From a virus, in IMG/VR virus record IMGVR_UViG_3300031997_000620, positions 19,234 to 83,233 of that record: DNA of 64,000 nt, one strand, 5' to 3'. A program made the position numbers and the translations under genes. Shown piece after piece: positions 29,194-38,239 of the stretch. The notes beneath the pieces are model-generated. The model did no database searches. It was not told where the DNA came from and worked only from the letters and a program-made list of their open reading frames with translations. Every line of letters begins with the position of its first letter. The stretch's first letter is position 1.

Positions 29194-30088
29194 TGGGATC
29201 TTCCTCTGTTAGCGTTGCTCCGCCGGTAGCAGCTTGTGCAGTCTGCGTACCTAATTCTAGGGCATTAAGATGTCCATATAAAATTACTGATGGATAAAAT
29301 TTGTTAATCATAGAAGTATCATGTGCTTCAATGCTAATTTGCAAATTCTCATTTGCTGCCGGGTGTGGGATACAAACAGGTCCAATCTGATATGTTCCAA
29401 GATACCCGGAAGGGTTAACTCCTGCATGTACCGTTGTCGCAGAGGGAGTTACGCTTTTCAAGCTAATGGTAAAAGTAGGAGTCCCAATAACTTCAAGGGC
29501 AGGGTTTCCATAAACCGATAAGTTTGCCCAAGCCATCGTGAATCCTGCCTCGTTAATGGGGATATAGTCAAACTCTGTTCCCGGTCCTCCCATGACTGTA
29601 AAAACAGTATTGTTATTTATGTCGAAGTAGAAAGTCTCTTGAACCCTACCTTTAATGGAAAATACATAAGGGTCAATGATTACCGTCTCAGAAAATGGGC
29701 CTTGAGTTCCGTCTGATCTTAAACCACGAACTCTAACAAATGTTATAGTTGAAAGACCTTCAATGATAGCAGATTGTCCAAAGGTTGAAGATGTAGTGAA
29801 AGATGAAAAATTGGGATGAGTAGAAATGTGAATTTCATAAATTGCTATTCTCTGGTCAGGAAGGGCCTCCCACTCTAGGAGTGCGCCTCGCACTACAGGG
29901 GTAGCTGTTACCACTGGAATTGACAAGTGCTGATTCGGCTTGCGTCTAAGGAACTCTAGAGAGGTGTTTAGATTTGTGATTTCATTTTGATCGTCCATCT
30001 CGGCCAAAGATCGTTCCATTTCACGTTGCTGGCCTGGGGTAAGGCCCGTAAATAGACGAGCAAATTGCCGGATAGTTTGTTTGCCCAT
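29180..30088 (-). CDS. FN3-domain tail protein
   Basis: LEW...YEIHIS..PNFS...VRVRG...DGTQGPFSE. Confidence 0.65.
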   Translation of the reverse strand: MGKQTIRQFARLFTGLTPGQQREMERSLAEMDDQNEITNLNTSLEFLRRKPNQHLSIPVVTATPVVRGALLEWEALPDQRIAIYEIHISTHPNFSSFTTSSTFGQSAIIEGLSTITFVRVRGLRSDGTQGPFSETVIIDPYVFSIKGRVQETFYFDINNNTVFTVMGGPGTEFDYIPINEAGFTMAWANLSVYGNPALEVIGTPTFTISLKSVTPSATTVHAGVNPSGYLGTYQIGPVCIPHPAANENLQISIEAHDTSMINKFYPSVILYGHLNALELGTQTAQAATGGATLTEEDPSGHP

Positions 30089-31107
30089 TACGAATCAAGC
30101 ACGTATTCAAATGACGAGAAATTTCGAATAGTAATGAATGCCCCTACAGCGTTGGGAGCAAGAACAGTAACAAGAGGATCTAGTGTGCTTAACCATCCTG
30201 ACTGCCTAGGCTTCTGAGAGCTTAAACGAGCTTGCAGTTTTATTGCAATATCTCCACTCTGAACTTGATGTAACCGTTGACAAAAAGTCCCAGTTCGACC
30301 TGTGCGGAGCGGCCCAGGCAGAAGAAACGGCCCACGATCAATTGTTCCCTGAATATCATCTCCCAATTGAGTCCCTGTGTGGGCACGCATTCCTTGAACG
30401 TTGTAGTTAGTTACTTGATATGTGTTTCCAATTTGTTTTCCATTTTCTGTCCATCTAAATTCTATATCAGACCAGATAAGGTTATACAGGGGGCTAGTTT
30501 GAAGTTGAGGGCGGATATAAAAGTTGCACATGTAGAAGATAGACCCCCCAACTGCGGGGTGGGTTATGCTCAAAACATCAAGCCAATTATTCCTAGTAGC
30601 TATTCTGGAGACAAATGATCCGTGAGTTCTATTGTCAAATACAGAGGAAGCTCTTGCTCGCAACGCGGCCTGTTCGATTGTTTCAGACCAAGGCCCAACT
30701 TCTCCATCAGTGCTAACTACTCGCAGCCTAAAAAAATAAACAAACCCAGGCTCAAGTTCCGTGAAAGTAAAAACAGGTTCACACGATTGGTATCTGTCGA
30801 AATTGCTAAAATTTCTATAGCGAGAAACGTCTTGCTCATAGAACAGGAATTTTCTCAATCCACGAGGAGGCTTATAGATAAACCGAATTTCATGATAATT
30901 TACTTCAATAATAAGGTCATGAGTTGTAATCTTAGGTAGGAACTCTGTGAATTTCCTGCTGAACGTCTGTTGAACTTGAGCAGCAAGGGAATTGTCCATT
31001 GCTGTGCGTAAGTGAGAAAGAAATAGCTTTAGCTGATTTACTCTACCTGCGGGCCATTGCCGTAGCTTGGTTTCCTGATTCGGAATTGTCCTACGAAATA
31101 TAGCCAT
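30088..31107 (-). CDS. FN3-domain tail protein
   Basis: YEQDVS...NFS...LEPGFVYFFRLRVV..DGEVGPWSE. Confidence 0.65.
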   Translation of the reverse strand: MAIFRRTIPNQETKLRQWPAGRVNQLKLFLSHLRTAMDNSLAAQVQQTFSRKFTEFLPKITTHDLIIEVNYHEIRFIYKPPRGLRKFLFYEQDVSRYRNFSNFDRYQSCEPVFTFTELEPGFVYFFRLRVVSTDGEVGPWSETIEQAALRARASSVFDNRTHGSFVSRIATRNNWLDVLSITHPAVGGSIFYMCNFYIRPQLQTSPLYNLIWSDIEFRWTENGKQIGNTYQVTNYNVQGMRAHTGTQLGDDIQGTIDRGPFLLPGPLRTGRTGTFCQRLHQVQSGDIAIKLQARLSSQKPRQSGWLSTLDPLVTVLAPNAVGAFITIRNFSSFEYVLDS

Positions 31108-33716
31108 TAATTGGGGCCTCCTCCTCCACCCGAAACATTTTCAAGGTCAGTTACCGGGAACTGCCCCTCTCTTACGTGGAAGTACAGTCTAAGTGCAGTA
31201 ATCGAACTATCCACACTTAGGTCCGAGTTGGTTAAAGTTATTCTCACATATTCAGATCTCACAGCAGTTCCAAACTTCACCGGCAATCGGAGCAGAGAGT
31301 TGTTGCTTCCAAAGTTAAAAGTTAGGGTTGCTGTATCTGTAGGCTGTGCTTGATCGGGGCCTTTAGCCATATCGATTGTAGCCGTCCAAGTACAAGCGTC
31401 TCCTTTTTGTCGAATTTCTAGATATGTAGGCTCAACCTTCCCCGTTACCCCTTCGGACTCTGCCCCAAGCGGGCCTAAGCGCAAATAGGGAGACTGGAAG
31501 GTAGTAGTGACAGCACTTTCAACGCCTGCGGTACTTGTCCAGTTCTGGGAGGTTGTTGTGATTATTTCCATAATCATTCCATCATCTGTACCAGCATAGA
31601 TATGAAAGTCGCCATTAGAGTCTTCAATCTCTTCGGCACAAATTAGGTTTAATTCGGCAGGAGGAGTTATATTAGACCACCACCCGGTTCGAATATCATC
31701 TACCGCGTACTGGTAATGTAAGATGGAGTCATATACCGGAGGCGTATCAGGAGCAACATCTGCCGCACTAGGATTAAACTGAATTAGGCTATTTCTGGCC
31801 TTGCTATGAGCAGTATGGACATACTCAATATTCGTTCTATCTAGAGCCGCATACTTGTCTCTAATTGGCTCACTAACCTTAGATGTATCATTCAAATCGT
31901 AAAGTCTCAGGCCGTCACGGTCTACGGCATACCCTACAAGTTTTGCGGTTCCACATGCTCGCCGACCTACGCATCCCATATTCTCTATCATTTTGTCTAC
32001 TGCAAAATCTGGGTTATCCCCGATTACTTGCCATTTTCCTGTTTCAGTTTCTACAACGATACCGCTGTAAGTCTCATAGATGCCAGTGATTTTATCGTCC
32101 AACTCAAATGTATTAATGAGAGGCCATGCTTCGAGGCTGTCATCTTCCGAGAAGTAAAGGGTGTTCGGGCTCTGTGCATCTCCAGCCATAAACCCGGTGC
32201 GCTTCCAAATCTTGAAGATACCCCCATGAGGCGGCTCGGAGTTATCAGACGAGAAGTCTCCAGCCTGAGGAGCCGTAACTTCCGAGAGTGAGCCATCAGG
32301 TACCTCGTCTTGGAATGAAGTTTCTACGTTATTCGGCAACTCGGTAAGCTTGAGGAAAATAGTTCCACCAGCCACAGTTCTGTACAGTCTTCGCGCTGTA
32401 ACTTGCTTATCTACAGCCACCGGGATAAAATTGAGATAGAAAGTTCCATGAAGTTGAGCTGTTAACTCTGTAGACTTTGGGCCAGTATTAGATTCAAATC
32501 CATACTTGTTGACGAACGATGTTCTCCATTGGTAGGTGCCAGTGAAAAGACCATTTCCTAGAGCTAAAACGGTAGGAGCACCCTGATCGAATACCACAAA
32601 CTTGTCCAAACGGATGCCCTCAAATATGGTTCCGGTGGCGCTCTGAAACTCAAACTTGAGAAATGTTACGTTACTGTTTGTACCAGCAGGATCGGGATTG
32701 AACGTTCCTAGCTTTCTACCAAATGGGCCGTCTTCATAGCTATTGAAACCTGATTGACCATAGTGTATAGGCCCACCGTTAGCAATAGCGGACGCAATGT
32801 CAATCTTGATAAAGTTCCAGCCTTCGTTTAGATCACCTTTCTGGTAATCGAATCTCCAATAGTTAGATGCGTTTGTTCCCAGGTAAACTGAAAAACAACG
32901 AGCTAAACCTGAAGATGTATCAGGTGTAGCTGTAAATGCGTTGTCTAATTGCCCTCTGGGGATGTACAACCAGAAGGCCACGCGCTCCTGTGAGGCCCCT
33001 CCAATGAGGCCAACAGTTCTTGTATCACGAATCACATCAAATGCAGTTACGGTTTTTTGAATCGAACAAAGGGTGGTTGCTGCGGTTTGATTGATCTGGA
33101 CTGCTGCACCATCATAGGATACGGTAGTGTCATCCGTAACCGTGCAGTTTGAAATTCCCGTTGTCCAAGTACCTGCACTAGAGAAGTCTTCTTTAATCTC
33201 TTCTTGAGATCCGGGAGGCTTGAGCCCCCAATTGCTGATACGAGCCCCGTCATACTTAAGCATTTGGTCGCCCCGACCGATGATGTCGGGGTCATAGTTA
33301 GTCATATAGAGAAATCTATCTAGCTGATCGTAAGTATGAAAAAGTCCGCTTACCCTTCCGCTAGTGGAAGCGGTTCCGGCAGAGGTATTGGGAATATCAT
33401 CTAAAGCTGTTCCGTTAAGCTTCTTTATGTAGGTGCCTGAAGCGATCATGACGTGACGAAGGATAGCTCCTGCAAGGTCTGATGCTTTGTAGAATCCAAT
33501 CCAAGAAATCGGTTTAGCAACCGCGGCTTCTGTATAGGGTGCAGATAGGACTCGACTTGAGCCCTTTAGTTTGGAAGTGGCTCCATAGATATTGAAGAAG
33601 TCAACATTGCTTGCAACCTTTAGTTGCTCGGGAGCTAGGACATCAGTAGAAGATTTGGTATAAAGCCCTGCCCAGTTCTTAAGGTCAACGTAAGGCAGCC
33701 TCGGCCGATCCGGCAT
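31107..33716 (-). CDS. Tail nozzle / DNA stabilisation protein (P22 gp10-like)
   Basis: 869 aa beta-rich; PNTLYFS, ITGI, GCVGRRA, VSEPI propeller motifs; follows the adaptor gene. Confidence 0.7.
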   Translation of the reverse strand: MPDRPRLPYVDLKNWAGLYTKSSTDVLAPEQLKVASNVDFFNIYGATSKLKGSSRVLSAPYTEAAVAKPISWIGFYKASDLAGAILRHVMIASGTYIKKLNGTALDDIPNTSAGTASTSGRVSGLFHTYDQLDRFLYMTNYDPDIIGRGDQMLKYDGARISNWGLKPPGSQEEIKEDFSSAGTWTTGISNCTVTDDTTVSYDGAAVQINQTAATTLCSIQKTVTAFDVIRDTRTVGLIGGASQERVAFWLYIPRGQLDNAFTATPDTSSGLARCFSVYLGTNASNYWRFDYQKGDLNEGWNFIKIDIASAIANGGPIHYGQSGFNSYEDGPFGRKLGTFNPDPAGTNSNVTFLKFEFQSATGTIFEGIRLDKFVVFDQGAPTVLALGNGLFTGTYQWRTSFVNKYGFESNTGPKSTELTAQLHGTFYLNFIPVAVDKQVTARRLYRTVAGGTIFLKLTELPNNVETSFQDEVPDGSLSEVTAPQAGDFSSDNSEPPHGGIFKIWKRTGFMAGDAQSPNTLYFSEDDSLEAWPLINTFELDDKITGIYETYSGIVVETETGKWQVIGDNPDFAVDKMIENMGCVGRRACGTAKLVGYAVDRDGLRLYDLNDTSKVSEPIRDKYAALDRTNIEYVHTAHSKARNSLIQFNPSAADVAPDTPPVYDSILHYQYAVDDIRTGWWSNITPPAELNLICAEEIEDSNGDFHIYAGTDDGMIMEIITTTSQNWTSTAGVESAVTTTFQSPYLRLGPLGAESEGVTGKVEPTYLEIRQKGDACTWTATIDMAKGPDQAQPTDTATLTFNFGSNNSLLRLPVKFGTAVRSEYVRITLTNSDLSVDSSITALRLYFHVREGQFPVTDLENVSGGGGGPN

Positions 33717-33786
33717 AGCACATTCTCCTAGTTATCAACAACCCTTAACAACAGCAACATGTCCAGCTACAATGTCAGTATCAACT

Positions 33787-34485
33787 CTAACTGTCCCTGT
33801 AATGTGGAACAAACGGCACAATCCCTTGCTGTGACGTAATCCGATCATCAATATACCTAAGCCACTTAATCTCCCACTCACTTCTCCAAGTCATGAACGT
33901 TCTCTGGAGCCCTGCCTCCTGAAGCTCCTCTGCGTGCATCAGTCCAACAACGGTATCTAGTACTAACAGCTCGTCAAAGATTTCAGGGAAGTCCGGATGT
34001 AGGACATCTCCATCATCAACAATCTCTGTGGGAATACCATTGTACTCCATCCTGAGTCCCTGTGATACTGTGATCTGGGGGGCGGGCTCTAGCACAAACC
34101 CACCGCTAATCGGGCGGAAGTGGCAGTAGTAAGAGTCCTGTCCGTAGGCACCCGAAACCGGGTTGCTCTCGTATCGCCGCTCATATCGTTGAATCGGTGA
34201 CACCCTGCCATCAGCCCGGACAAGTTCCAGCTTTAGCAAGCGGGTGAACCCCGGAGGCCACTCGTATCTAGCTTTGAGGGCTTCAATATCTCGGAAGGAC
34301 ACATTCTGAAAGTGTCCCTCATGAGCTAGGTGCAGTTCCGTACAGCGCAGCCGATATTGCGAATTTAGAACCTGTCGAATGAAGGCGTTATCCCAATGTG
34401 AGACAGCTTCGTCGGGCTGTTTGATGTATCTGCGAGTACGGATAATTAGCTGACCTACTGTACGCGCAAGCTGGGCTGTAGCCAT
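33787..34485 (-). CDS. Head-tail adaptor protein
   Basis: LI.RTRRYI, W....I...LN, Y..P..F, L.PAP, P.FPE.FDELLV pattern; position upstream of the nozzle. Confidence 0.7.
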   Translation of the reverse strand: MATAQLARTVGQLIIRTRRYIKQPDEAVSHWDNAFIRQVLNSQYRLRCTELHLAHEGHFQNVSFRDIEALKARYEWPPGFTRLLKLELVRADGRVSPIQRYERRYESNPVSGAYGQDSYYCHFRPISGGFVLEPAPQITVSQGLRMEYNGIPTEIVDDGDVLHPDFPEIFDELLVLDTVVGLMHAEELQEAGLQRTFMTWRSEWEIKWLRYIDDRITSQQGIVPFVPHYRDS

Positions 34486-34487
34486 TC

Positions 34488-35003
34488 TTACTCCTCTAGC
34501 GCCTTAATGCGCGCAGTCCATCCCCGTCCAAATCGTACAGCTCCTCTAATTCTCTTTACTCTTACTTCCCGGTTTGCATTATACCTTTTAGCTAAACTGT
34601 CCTCTCCATGCTCGGCTGTATAATCAAGCACCGATTGAATAGTCTTGGCCCCCATGTTTCCATCCGGTTTGTTTCCTAAGATTCTCTGAAGAGACTTAAC
34701 AGCCGTAGATTGTCCCGACAAGACAGCACTGTCCATAACCGTCTTACCAACTGCACGCGGAAGCTGCTCGCCTTGGATCTTGTTCCAGTATTCTCTTTCG
34801 TAGATCTTTGTAGCGTCTTCTTGAGCTAGGTTTTTGACATCTACGTCAGGGAAGGTGTTTTTGGAAATGCCAAACTTCGTTTCCCCTCCATACTTTTTCG
34901 GGTAATCAACAAGCTGGTCCGTCTCGTGTTTGTAGACGTGCTGAAGCGCCTCTACAAACTTAGGCTTCTCGAACGGGTTTCGCTTTTTCTTCTCTTCAGC
35001 CAC
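34488..35003 (-). CDS. GH108-family lysozyme with peptidoglycan-binding domain
   Basis: HE...GGETKFGISK, A..IY...YW, D.AV.SG, LQR.LG..PDG.MG.KT, FGRGW..R. Confidence 0.88.
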   Translation of the reverse strand: MAEEKKKRNPFEKPKFVEALQHVYKHETDQLVDYPKKYGGETKFGISKNTFPDVDVKNLAQEDATKIYEREYWNKIQGEQLPRAVGKTVMDSAVLSGQSTAVKSLQRILGNKPDGNMGAKTIQSVLDYTAEHGEDSLAKRYNANREVRVKRIRGAVRFGRGWTARIKALEE

Positions 35004-35007
35004 TACT

Positions 35008-35700
35008 TTACTCTTTTCTCCACTGCTCGGGCAAAATGAGCCCGCCTTCAGTGTCCGTCAGAGGGCGAACAATCCGACTCTTATTGCCTTGCCCACTAAA
35101 GCTAGTGATGATGTCCTTCGTGGGATTGGTGGCGTTGATCCTTCCGCTCGACATATTGTCCATAGCGCGTGTGAGGAGCCACCTGTTCTCTTCCATGACC
35201 GCATTGTTCAATTCTTGGACATCCGCCTTCTCAGACTCCTTGATCGTGTCTACGCCCTGACGAAGCATCTCGAAATACTTTTTCATTCCGTATTTCGTAA
35301 TGATGCTAGTCTGAAGATGTAGGCGACGAGCAAGGTGAGAAAGGTAGGCGGGTGAGGAGGATAGAACCGGGGCAACGTGACTCCACCCATGCTGATGCAG
35401 CTCCCAGATGTGCCAGAGATTTTCAACGATGGGAGCATTATCCGGTCGCCGGAGTACCCAGCCCCAAACCTCTCTGCTGTGTTCTTCATGAATGTGGAAG
35501 CGAGGGTCTTCAGCCGCGCCCATATACTCATTCATAACGGGATCTGTCTCAGTACGGTAGTCGTGCCAGACAAGATGCAGCCGGTTATCAATGCTTCTTA
35601 GGTCATCAAAGAACCCACCACATAGGTCTACACCCGGCCTAAATTGCCGGAAGTACACGTTCGAACGCGGACGAAAAGTCCTCGGGAGCTTATAGCTCAT
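35008..35700 (-). CDS. Hypothetical protein in the virion module
   Basis: 230 aa ORF with GGAGGAGG RBS. Confidence 0.65.
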   Translation of the reverse strand: MSYKLPRTFRPRSNVYFRQFRPGVDLCGGFFDDLRSIDNRLHLVWHDYRTETDPVMNEYMGAAEDPRFHIHEEHSREVWGWVLRRPDNAPIVENLWHIWELHQHGWSHVAPVLSSSPAYLSHLARRLHLQTSIITKYGMKKYFEMLRQGVDTIKESEKADVQELNNAVMEENRWLLTRAMDNMSSGRINATNPTKDIITSFSGQGNKSRIVRPLTDTEGGLILPEQWRKE

Positions 35701-35727
35701 TTTCTATCCTCCTCCCCTTAAGTTAGA

Positions 35728-36006
35728 CTATGACCAGACGCTATCGCCAAACACTAGAACTACGTGGGCAATTGCACCAGCAGGGTCACGTAGCGTGACG
35801 GTCTTGCCGCTTACAGTAGCCGAACAATTCTGGGTCGTGGAGCCTGCATCTGCCGCCGGGAACATACATGCAAACGACGGTGAAGCGAGCTTACTTACAA
35901 CAGTATCATCATTGGATGCTGTTGCGAGATAGATTACTTCCATCTTGAACGGGCCTAGAGCAACGATAAAACTCTTATCGCCTTTAACCGGGGTTAGTGC
36001 TGACAT
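35728..36006 (-). CDS. Small beta-rich virion protein
   Basis: 92 aa, AAGGAG RBS, ends VVLVFGD like neighbouring head proteins. Confidence 0.55.
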   Translation of the reverse strand: MSALTPVKGDKSFIVALGPFKMEVIYLATASNDDTVVSKLASPSFACMFPAADAGSTTQNCSATVSGKTVTLRDPAGAIAHVVLVFGDSVWS

Positions 36007-36145
36007 CTAATTTCTCCTTGTATTTCTTTTGCTTTTCTTCTCTGCACCTGTCACAAAACTTGGGTCTCTTGCCCTGTAGCCGTTTAAGGTAGAGCTGAGT
36101 TCCGCAAGTGTCACATCGGGTCCAGAGGACTCTGTTATCTCTCAT
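35984..36145 (-). CDS. Small C4 zinc-finger protein (53 aa, not in the ORF track)
   Basis: MRDNRVLWTRCDTCGTQLYLKRLQGKRPKFCDRCREEKQKKYKEK... Confidence 0.6.
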   Translation of the reverse strand: MRDNRVLWTRCDTCGTQLYLKRLQGKRPKFCDRCREEKQKKYKEKLDVSTNPG

Positions 36146-36157
36146 ATACCTGAAATA

Positions 36158-36187
36158 GTTCGGGGGATTCCGGAGAATCCCCCGAAC
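36158..36187 (-). other. Perfect 13-bp hairpin (terminator or mRNA-stabilising element)
   Basis: GTTCGGGGGATTC-cgga-GAATCCCCCGAAC directly after 36212..36580; only a weak U-tract follows. Confidence 0.6.
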
Positions 36188-36211
36188 ACCTTATTAAGTT
36201 GTAACTCTAGC

Positions 36212-36580
36212 TTATGCTAGTGATTCAACGTCGCGGGCGCCATCCCCTACTGCGAAGAAGGTTAGCACGGGGTTATCTCCAGCAGCAGCCTGGGTGGCAG
36301 CAGTTTTAAAGACGACAACTTCATTTGCAGTTGACTGCCAAATAACCGAAGCTTCTACGGCGGTGACTTCCGCACCAGTGAGTTGCTTAATTGTAAAGCT
36401 AACATGGTCGATCGTAGTTAGACCCAGATCGTTCGGAGACACGGGCTCTCCACCAACCGTATACGGAGCCATTGTGATAATGCCCCATGTCTGCGTCTTG
36501 CCCTGCTTCGGACTGCCTGAAGTATTGAAGCCCGGACCCGGAAGATACGAGCGCCCTAGAATCTGTACTGTTTTTGCCAT
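36212..36580 (-). CDS. Putative capsid decoration protein
   Basis: Y..GGE....DLGL..ID...I pattern, ends FFAVGD; own late promoter motif; downstream of MCP. Confidence 0.6.
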   Translation of the reverse strand: MAKTVQILGRSYLPGPGFNTSGSPKQGKTQTWGIITMAPYTVGGEPVSPNDLGLTTIDHVSFTIKQLTGAEVTAVEASVIWQSTANEVVVFKTAATQAAAGDNPVLTFFAVGDGARDVESLA

Positions 36581-36665
36581 TATGTTTTCCTTTTCTTTAG
36601 GAGCCGCGTTCCAAGTAGATTGCGGTCTTTCCTATTGTTTATTTTATGATGCAGGCATTCTCCGC

Positions 36666-36681
36666 CCTATTAAATTATCTC
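36666..36681 (-). promoter_or_regulatory. Putative late promoter motif GAGATAATTTAATAGG
   Basis: Repeat motif copy just after the terminator, upstream of 36580. Confidence 0.65.
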
Positions 36682-36693
36682 AATTTATTCAAC

Positions 36694-36729
36694 AAAAAAG
36701 AACCCCAAGACGATGCCCTGGGGTTCTTT
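36694..36729 (-). terminator. Rho-independent terminator
   Basis: AAGAACCCCAGG...CTTGGGGTTCTT followed by TTTT on the - strand. Confidence 0.8.
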
Positions 36730-36755
36730 AGATGCCTATCTGACGATAGGACTTG

Positions 36756-36883
36756 GAGAGCCGATGGTTATTCCGATTGGTTACGGAGCACTTTGAGGAG
36801 TGACTTACTGGATTTAAAATCATAATACCGACTGGTTACGGAGCACTTCCTCAAGTGACTAACTGATTATAATGTGACTCTCT
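36756..36883 (-). ncRNA. Candidate structured RNA: two 38-nt repeats (36773-36810, 36828-36865) with complementary loops
   Basis: Closing stem GAGAGUC/GGCUCUC and inner AUUAUAAU/AUUAUGAU both need G.U pairs (- strand); hairpins CACU-UGAGGA-AGUG and CACU-CCUCAA-AGUG. Confidence 0.55.
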
Positions 36884-36886
36884 CTA

Positions 36887-37177
36887 CTATTCTGCGCCGT
36901 AGTTAATCATTCCGCCATGATACGAGACAACAATAATATCTTGTCCAACCGTACCATTATCAATGTTAAGCACATTTGCTTTTGCGCCACCACCGAGATA
37001 GAAACCTAGGGCCTTTCTCGTTGCCTGCGTACCACCCATCGGTACCGCATCTCGGGCCGGAGCCGGTAGAACAAGATGATCGCTAGTAGCTGTTGCAATG
37101 CGAACACGAGTAATACCAATCTGCTCGCCAGTCTTAAGGTCAACGAAAGTTTGACCTAGGGGTAGAATCTTAGCCAT
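36887..37177 (-). CDS. Small putative head/virion protein
   Basis: 96 aa, AAGGAG RBS, own late promoter motif. Confidence 0.55.
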   Translation of the reverse strand: MAKILPLGQTFVDLKTGEQIGITRVRIATATSDHLVLPAPARDAVPMGGTQATRKALGFYLGGGAKANVLNIDNGTVGQDIIVVSYHGGMINYGAE

Positions 37178-37234
37178 ATTAGGGATTCTCCTTTCTTAGA
37201 GATTTAGAGGGCGAGCATGAAGCTAGCTTCTCTT

Positions 37235-37250
37235 CCTATTTAATTATCTC
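37235..37250 (-). promoter_or_regulatory. Putative late promoter motif GAGATAATTAAATAGG
   Basis: Repeat motif copy upstream of 37177. Confidence 0.65.
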
Positions 37251-37257
37251 TCTTCTC

Positions 37258-37545
37258 TTATTTATGTGCAAGTACCGACGCACGGAAATGCGGTCTTTCT
37301 GCCTCTTCTAAGGTTTTAAACTTTTTTGAATCCCTGAATCCTTTATGGTACCCATCTTCAAACCCTTGGGCATACTCTTCAGAGGGAACAAAGATGTGCT
37401 TGTGAAGTATAGACGTTTTGATTCGGCTGATGGTGCTAGCATCTACTTGAAAATGCTGAGCTATTCGCTTGTTGGGGGTTCCTACTTTTAGGAGTTTCTT
37501 TATTGTGAAAACATCTTCGTCATTGAGTTTTTTCATAAAGCTCAA
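37258..37545 (-). CDS. HTH DNA-binding protein (resembles the C-terminal HTH of HNH endonucleases)
   Basis: KLNDEDV..IK.LL..G.....IA..F.V..STISRIKT. Confidence 0.65.
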   Translation of the reverse strand: MSFMKKLNDEDVFTIKKLLKVGTPNKRIAQHFQVDASTISRIKTSILHKHIFVPSEEYAQGFEDGYHKGFRDSKKFKTLEEAERPHFRASVLAHK

Positions 37546-37879
37546 AAAAAGGCACTCTCTTAACGATTGCCTTGGTAAAGTTTTTGGGGTTATCTTTTAC
37601 ATCTTGAAGTACCCATTCTACGTTATTTTTATAATCATAAATGCTAACTTTTGAGGTGCGGGTTATAACCACGGTAAATCTACTTGTTCTATAAATAACA
37701 TTATCTTGTCTTGAATTAAATAGGTCTGACAAGATTGATTTCTTTAAGGAATCTCGCATGACTTTTGCCCAATGTTGCAAACGGGCATCACTAAAGTTTC
37801 CCGCTGGCATCTGAACACTCATGCTATACTTCTTTATGTTTATCTTACTTGACATTGGTGTCTGATATCTTTGCTGCAA
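37520..37879 (-). CDS. Hypothetical protein (moron)
   Basis: Basic AT-rich ORF overlapping neighbours. Confidence 0.5.
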   Translation of the reverse strand: MQQRYQTPMSSKINIKKYSMSVQMPAGNFSDARLQHWAKVMRDSLKKSILSDLFNSRQDNVIYRTSRFTVVITRTSKVSIYDYKNNVEWVLQDVKDNPKNFTKAIVKRVPFFELYEKTQ

Positions 37880-38222
37880 AGAGGTGAAAGTCCATGTTCA
37901 TCTTAAGGACAAACTCTTCGACCTTATCGATACAGGCCATTGCATCTTTATGGCACTCAATCAAAAACTCGTCTGTGGATTGAGGGACTGCTCCTGTTCT
38001 GGGATTTCCAGATGATATGAACCGATTTACCATATAATCCGTGGGGTACTTTTCTCGGGCGATTTCGAGTTCCGCACATACCCCCAAGTGCTTCCAAGGC
38101 TGATGATCGGGAAATTCAAAATAGACATCAATCGCCAAATCGTATAGCTCGTCGTCTAGCTGGAAGTAATACTTACAGCCTTTGTATTCAAACTTTTTAC
38201 TCGTCAGCGGGGGTTTCGGCAA
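37845..38222 (-). CDS. Hypothetical protein (moron)
   Basis: GAGGAGG RBS, TTG start, directly after a sigma70-like promoter. Confidence 0.6.
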   Translation of the reverse strand: MPKPPLTSKKFEYKGCKYYFQLDDELYDLAIDVYFEFPDHQPWKHLGVCAELEIAREKYPTDYMVNRFISSGNPRTGAVPQSTDEFLIECHKDAMACIDKVEEFVLKMNMDFHLFAAKISDTNVK

Positions 38223-38239
38223 GGATATCCTCCTCTAGT

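Noticed and set aside
36761-36865. Possible mini CRISPR array
   Set aside because: Only two full repeats with a 17-nt gap, variation sits in the hairpin loop rather than in spacers, and no cas genes are present
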